Origin: the human T2T-CHM13v2.0 reference genome, Homo sapiens
Assembly: GCF_009914755.1 (NCBI RefSeq)
Contig: NC_060939.1
Strand: one strand, 5' to 3'
DNA length: 64,000 bases
The translations under genes were made by a program, and so were the position numbers. Under the pieces are notes generated by a model. It did not search any database, was not told where the DNA came from, and saw only the letters and a list, made by a program, of their open reading frames with translations. Shown here piece after piece: positions 59,401 to 64,000 of this stretch; positions within the stretch are counted from its first letter, which is position 1, and each line of letters begins with the position of its first letter.

Positions 59401-62400
59401 TCCATTCCACTGCATTCCATTCCATTCGATATCCTTCGATAACACCCCATTCCATTCTGCTCCTTAATATTCAATTCAATTCCATTCCATTTGATTCCAT
59501 TCCATTTGATTACATTCCATTCGACTCCATTCCATTCGACTCTATTCCATTCGAGTCCATTCCATTCCATTCCATTGCATTCCGTTCGAATCCCTATTCC
59601 ATTCCATTTTGTTACTGTCCATTCCATTTGAGTCCATTCCATGACAAACCATTCCATTCGATTCCATTCCAATAGATTCCATTGCACTCGAATCCAGTGC
59701 GTTCCATTCCATTGCTTTCCATTCTATTACATTCCATTGCATTACATTCCATTCCATTTGATTGCATTCCATTCAATTCCATTAATTTCGAATCAATTAC
59801 ATTGCAATCCATTGCATTCGAGTTCTATTCCAGTCCATTGCATTCCGGCGCATGCCGTTCCATTCCATTCCATTCGCTTCCGTTCCATTCGAATCGATTG
59901 CATTGCAATGCTTTACATTCGAGTCCGTTTTATTCCAGTCCAATCCATTCCGGTCCATTCCGTTCGATTCCATTCCATTCGATGCCACTCCATACTATTG
60001 TATTTCATTCGATTCCATTCTATTCAAATAAATTCCATTCGAGACCATTCCTTTCGAGTCCATTCTATTTGAGTCCATTCCATTCGAGTCCATTATATTT
60101 GGGTCCATTCCATTCAATTCCATTGCAATCCATTCCATTCGATGTCACTCCATTCATTTCTATTCCATTAGAGTCCATGTCATTCGAGTCCATTCCATTC
60201 TATTCTATTCCACTCCATTCCATTCCATTCCACTCCATTCCATTCGTTGCCGTTCCATTCAATTCTATTATATTCCACTCCATTTACTTCCATTCCATTC
60301 CATTCCATTCCATTCTATCCAATTCCGTTCCATTCTATTCCTTTAAAGTCCATTCCATTCCATTCCATTCGTTTCCATTCCATTCGAGTAAAGTCCACTC
60401 CAGTCCTTTCCATTCGAGTCCATTCCTCTCCAGTCCATTCCGTTCAATCCATTCCATTCCAGTCCATTCCATTCGAGTCCGTTCCATTCCAGTCCATTCC
60501 ATTCGAGTCAATTCCATTCCATTCGATATCTTTCCATAACGATCCATTCCATTCTATTCCTTTCGATTCCATTCAATTCCATTCTTTCTATTTCATTCCA
60601 TTCGATTCCCTTCCATTGGACTCCTTTCCATTCGAGTGCATTCCATTCCGTTCCATTTCTTTCTGTTCTGTATGATTCCTACCGTTCGATTTCATTTTGT
60701 TCCAGTCTATTCCTTTCAAGTGCATTCCATTCCATTTCACTCCATTCGATTCCATTCCACTCGATTCCACTCCGTTCCATTTCACTGCATTCCATTCTAT
60801 TCAATTCTATTGCATTCCATTCCATTCCATTTGATTACATTCCATGCGATTCCATTCGAATTCGAATCAATTACATTGAAATCCATTACTATTGAGTCCG
60901 TTTTATTCCAGTCCACTCCATTCTGCTCCATTCCATTTGATTCCATTCCATTCTATTCCATTCCGTACAGTTGCATTCCATTGGATTCCATTCTATATCT
61001 ATAAATGCAACTTGAGACCATTGCTTTTGAGTCCATTCTATATGATTCCATTCCATTCAAGTCCATTACATTTGGTTCAATTCCATTCCATTCCATTCCC
61101 TTCCATTCCATTCCATTTGATATCAATCCATACGATTCCATTCCATTCGAGCACATTCCATTCGAGTCCATTCCATTCGATGCCATTCCATTTGATTCTA
61201 TTCCATTAGACTCCATTCAATTCCATTAATCTCCATTCCATTCCATTCTACTCCAACTGATTCCATTCCATTCTATTCCTTTCCATTCCATTCCATTCCA
61301 TTCCATTCGCTTCCATTCCATTCGTGTCCATTCCACTCCAGTCCATTCCATTCGTGTCCATTCCATTCCAGTCCATTCCATTTGTGTCCACTGCATTCCA
61401 TTCCACTCCATTCCATATTATTCCATTACACTCCATTCCATTCTATTACTTTCATTTCCATTCAGTTCCATTCCATTTGATTCCATTCCACTCGGTTTCA
61501 CTCCATTTGAGTCCATTCCATTCCATTCCATTCCATTCCATTCCATTCTGTTCCATTCCATTCCATTCCATTCCATTGGGTACCATTCCACATTGTTCCA
61601 TTCGATTCCATTCGAATCCATTCCATTCCAGTCCATTCCATTCGATTCCATTCCATTCCATTCGATTCCACTTGATTCCACTCCATTCCCTTCCACTGCA
61701 TTCCATTCGATTCCATTCCATTGCATTGCATTCCATTCCATTGGATTGCATTCCATTCGATTCCATTCCATTCGAATCAATTACATAGCAATCCATTACA
61801 TTCGAGTCTGTTCTATTCCGTTCCATTCGATTTCGTTCCAATCCATTCGATTCCATTCCATTCGATTCCATTCCATACTATTGCATTCCATTCGATTAAA
61901 TTATACTCGAATAAATTCCATTCAAGACCATTTCTGTTGAGTCCATTCTACTTGAGTCCATTCCCTTTGATTCCATAACATTTGAGTCCATTCAATTCCA
62001 TTCCTTTCGTTTCCATTCCATTTGATGCCATTCCATTCAATTCTGTTCTACTCGACTCCAATACATTCAATTCCATTCCATCCGATTCCATTACATTCTT
62101 TTCATTTCTTATCCATTTCAAGCCATTCCATTCCATTCCATTCCATTCCACTCGTTTCCTTTCCATTCGAGTCCATTCCACTCCAGTCCATTCCATTCGA
62201 ATCCATTTCACTCCAGTCCATTCCATTCGAATCCATTTCACTCCAGTCCATTAAATTCGAGTACATTCCATTCCATTCTATTCAATGCCATTCCATTCGA
62301 TTCTATTCCATTCGACACCATTCCTTTCCATTCCGTTCCATCCGATTCCATTCCATTGTATTCCATTCAATTCCATTCCATTGCATTCCATTCGTTTCCA

Positions 62401-64000
62401 TTCCATTCGAATTCATTCCACTCAAGTCCATTCCATTCGAGTCCATTCCATTCGATATCATTCCATACTATTGAATTCCATTCTATTCCATTGTTTTCGA
62501 ATAAATTCCAACCGAGACCATTCCTTTCGTGTCCATTCTATTTGACTGCATTCCATTTGAGTCCATTAAATTTCTGCACATTCCATTCCTTTCCATTCCA
62601 TTCCATTCCATTCCTTTCGGTGCCATTCCATTCCACTCTAATCCATTCAAGTCCATTCCATTTGAGTCCATTCCATTGATTCGATGCCATTACATTCAAT
62701 TCTATTCCATTCGACTCCATTGCATTCCATTCCCTTCCAAACGATTCCATTCCATTCTATTACTTTCTATTCCAATCCATTCCATTCCGTTCCATTCGTT
62801 TCCATTCCATTCGAGTCCACTCCATTCCAGTCCATTCCATTCGATTCCATTCCATTCCAGTCCATTCCATTCAAGTCCATTCCACTGCATTCCATTCCAT
62901 TCGATATCCTTCGATAACACCCCATTCCATTCTGCTCCTTAATATTCAATTCAATTCCATTCCATTTGATTCCATTCCATTTGATTACATTCCATTCGAC
63001 TCCATTCCATTCGACTCTATTCCATTCGAGTCCATTCCATTCCATTCCATTGCATTCCGTTCGAATCCCTATTCCATTCCATTTTGTTACTGTCCATTCC
63101 ATTTGAGTCCATTCCATGACAAACCATTCCATTCGATTCCATTCCAATAGATTCCATTGCACTCGAATCCAGTGCGTTCCATTCCATTGCTTTCCATTCT
63201 ATTACATTCCATTGCATTACATTCCATTCCATTTGATTGCATTCCATTCAATTCCATTAATTTCGAATCAATTACATTGCAATCCATTGCATTCGTGTTC
63301 TATTCCAGTCCATTGCATTCCGGCGCATGCCGTTCCATTCCATTCCATTCGCTTCCGTTCCATTCGAATCGATTGCATTGCAATGCTTTACATTCGAGTC
63401 CGTTTTATTCCAGTCCAATCCATTCCGGTCCATTCCGTTCGATTCCATTCCATTCGATGCCACTCCATACTATTGTATTTCATTCGATTCCATTCTATTC
63501 AAATAAATTCCATTCGAGACCATTCCTTTCGAGTCCATTCTATTTGAGTCCATTCCATTCGAGTCCATTATATTTGGGTCCATTCCATTCAATTCCATTG
63601 CAATCCATTCCATTCGATGTCACTCCATTCATTTCTATTCCATTAGAGTCCATGTCATTCGAGTCCATTCCATTCTATTCTATTCCACTCCATTCCATTC
63701 CATTCCACTCCATTCCATTCGTTGCCGTTCCATTCAATTCTATTATATTCCACTCCATTTACTTCCATTCCATTCCATTCCATTCCATTCTATCCAATTC
63801 CGTTCCATTCTATTCCTTTAAAGTCCATTCCATTCCATTCCATTCGTTTCCATTCCATTCGAGTAAAGTCCACTCCAGTCCTTTCCATTCGAGTCCATTC
63901 CTCTCCAGTCCATTCCGTTCAATCCATTCCATTCCAGTCCATTCCATTCGAGTCAATTCCATTCCATTCGATATCTTTCCATAACGATCCATTCCATTCT

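Larger units (their letters stand above)
1680..63116 (+). repeat. Higher-order tandem unit of ~3.48 kb (18 anchor copies plus two truncated units)
   Basis: The anchor 'atg[a/c]caaaccattcc' (start of the MTNH/MPNH ORFs) lies at 1680, 5179, 8660, 12140, 15605, 19094, 22584, 26054, 29534, 33004, 37872, 41406, 44881, 49206, 52681, 56141, 59641 and 63116. Spacings are 3499, 3481, 3480, 3465, 3489, 3490, 3470, 3480, 3470, 4868, 3534, 3475, 4325, 3475, 3460, 3500 and 3475 bp. Other once-per-unit landmarks (gggtacc, ccggcgcatgccg, ataacacccc, ttctgtatgattcctaccg, ctccaactga) recur in the same order. Confidence 0.96.
1..64000 (+). repeat. Satellite III (HSat3)-type pericentromeric/heterochromatic satellite array, degenerate (CATTC)n, single orientation
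   Basis: Continuous CCATT/CATTC pentamers with recurrent variants (CGATT, CGAGT, CCAGT, CTATT, CAATT, GCATT, CCACT) from first to last base. There are long pure (CCATT)n runs, and I saw no HSat2-type CATCATCGAATGG-like motif. The C/T-rich strand is always +. Confidence 0.97.
11500..64000 (+). repeat. Unit sub-family B (homogeneous, recently expanded units)
   Basis: Every unit I compared from ~11.5 kb onward carries the B alleles. Many translated segments in the ORF track are identical between copies. Confidence 0.85.

Noticed and set aside
57-63992. Hundreds of minus-strand MEWNG-repeat ORFs
   Set aside because: These are translations of (GGAAT)n with overlapping frames of identical composition, a known source of spurious protein predictions.
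1-64000. CRISPR-like repeat/spacer array
   Set aside because: There are no unique spacers, the variable segments are degenerate pentamers that repeat every 3.5 kb, and no cas genes are present.
1-64000. Inversion or embedded Alu/L1/other insertion
   Set aside because: I saw no switch to GGAAT on the + strand, no poly(A) tail and no non-satellite stretch longer than about 15-20 bp.
1-64000. Classification as HSat2 or alpha satellite
   Set aside because: There is no 171-bp monomer or CENP-B box context and no HSat2-type CATCATCGAATGG-like periodic motif. Long pure CATTC runs fit HSat3.

Overview
The whole 64 kb window is one uninterrupted array of primate (human-type) satellite III (HSat3). 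It consists of degenerate (CATTC)n on the + strand and (GAATG)n on the - strand, with no inversion, no interspersed element and no unique sequence. The pentamers form a head-to-tail higher-order unit of about 3.46-3.50 kb. One anchor (ccatg[a/c]caaacc) recurs 18 times, and there are also two truncated units. All ORFs in the track are artefacts of translating the pentamer (FHSIP on +, MEWNG on -). I find no gene, RNA gene or novel protein-coding system. The interesting content is the rearrangement history of the array: (i) a ~2.1 kb deletion whose junction carries a locally templated 8-nt insertion, typical of polymerase-theta end joining; (ii) a ~2.6 kb deletion between short homeologous sites; (iii) a 179-bp tandem duplication and a ~120-bp deletion in one unit; (iv) a 6,950-bp two-unit duplication; (v) a sub-family switch near 11 kb; (vi) variant patches shared between units 19-41 kb apart; (vii) an older ~1 kb sub-repeat inside the 3.5 kb unit. 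I cannot assign chromosome or species from the sequence alone.
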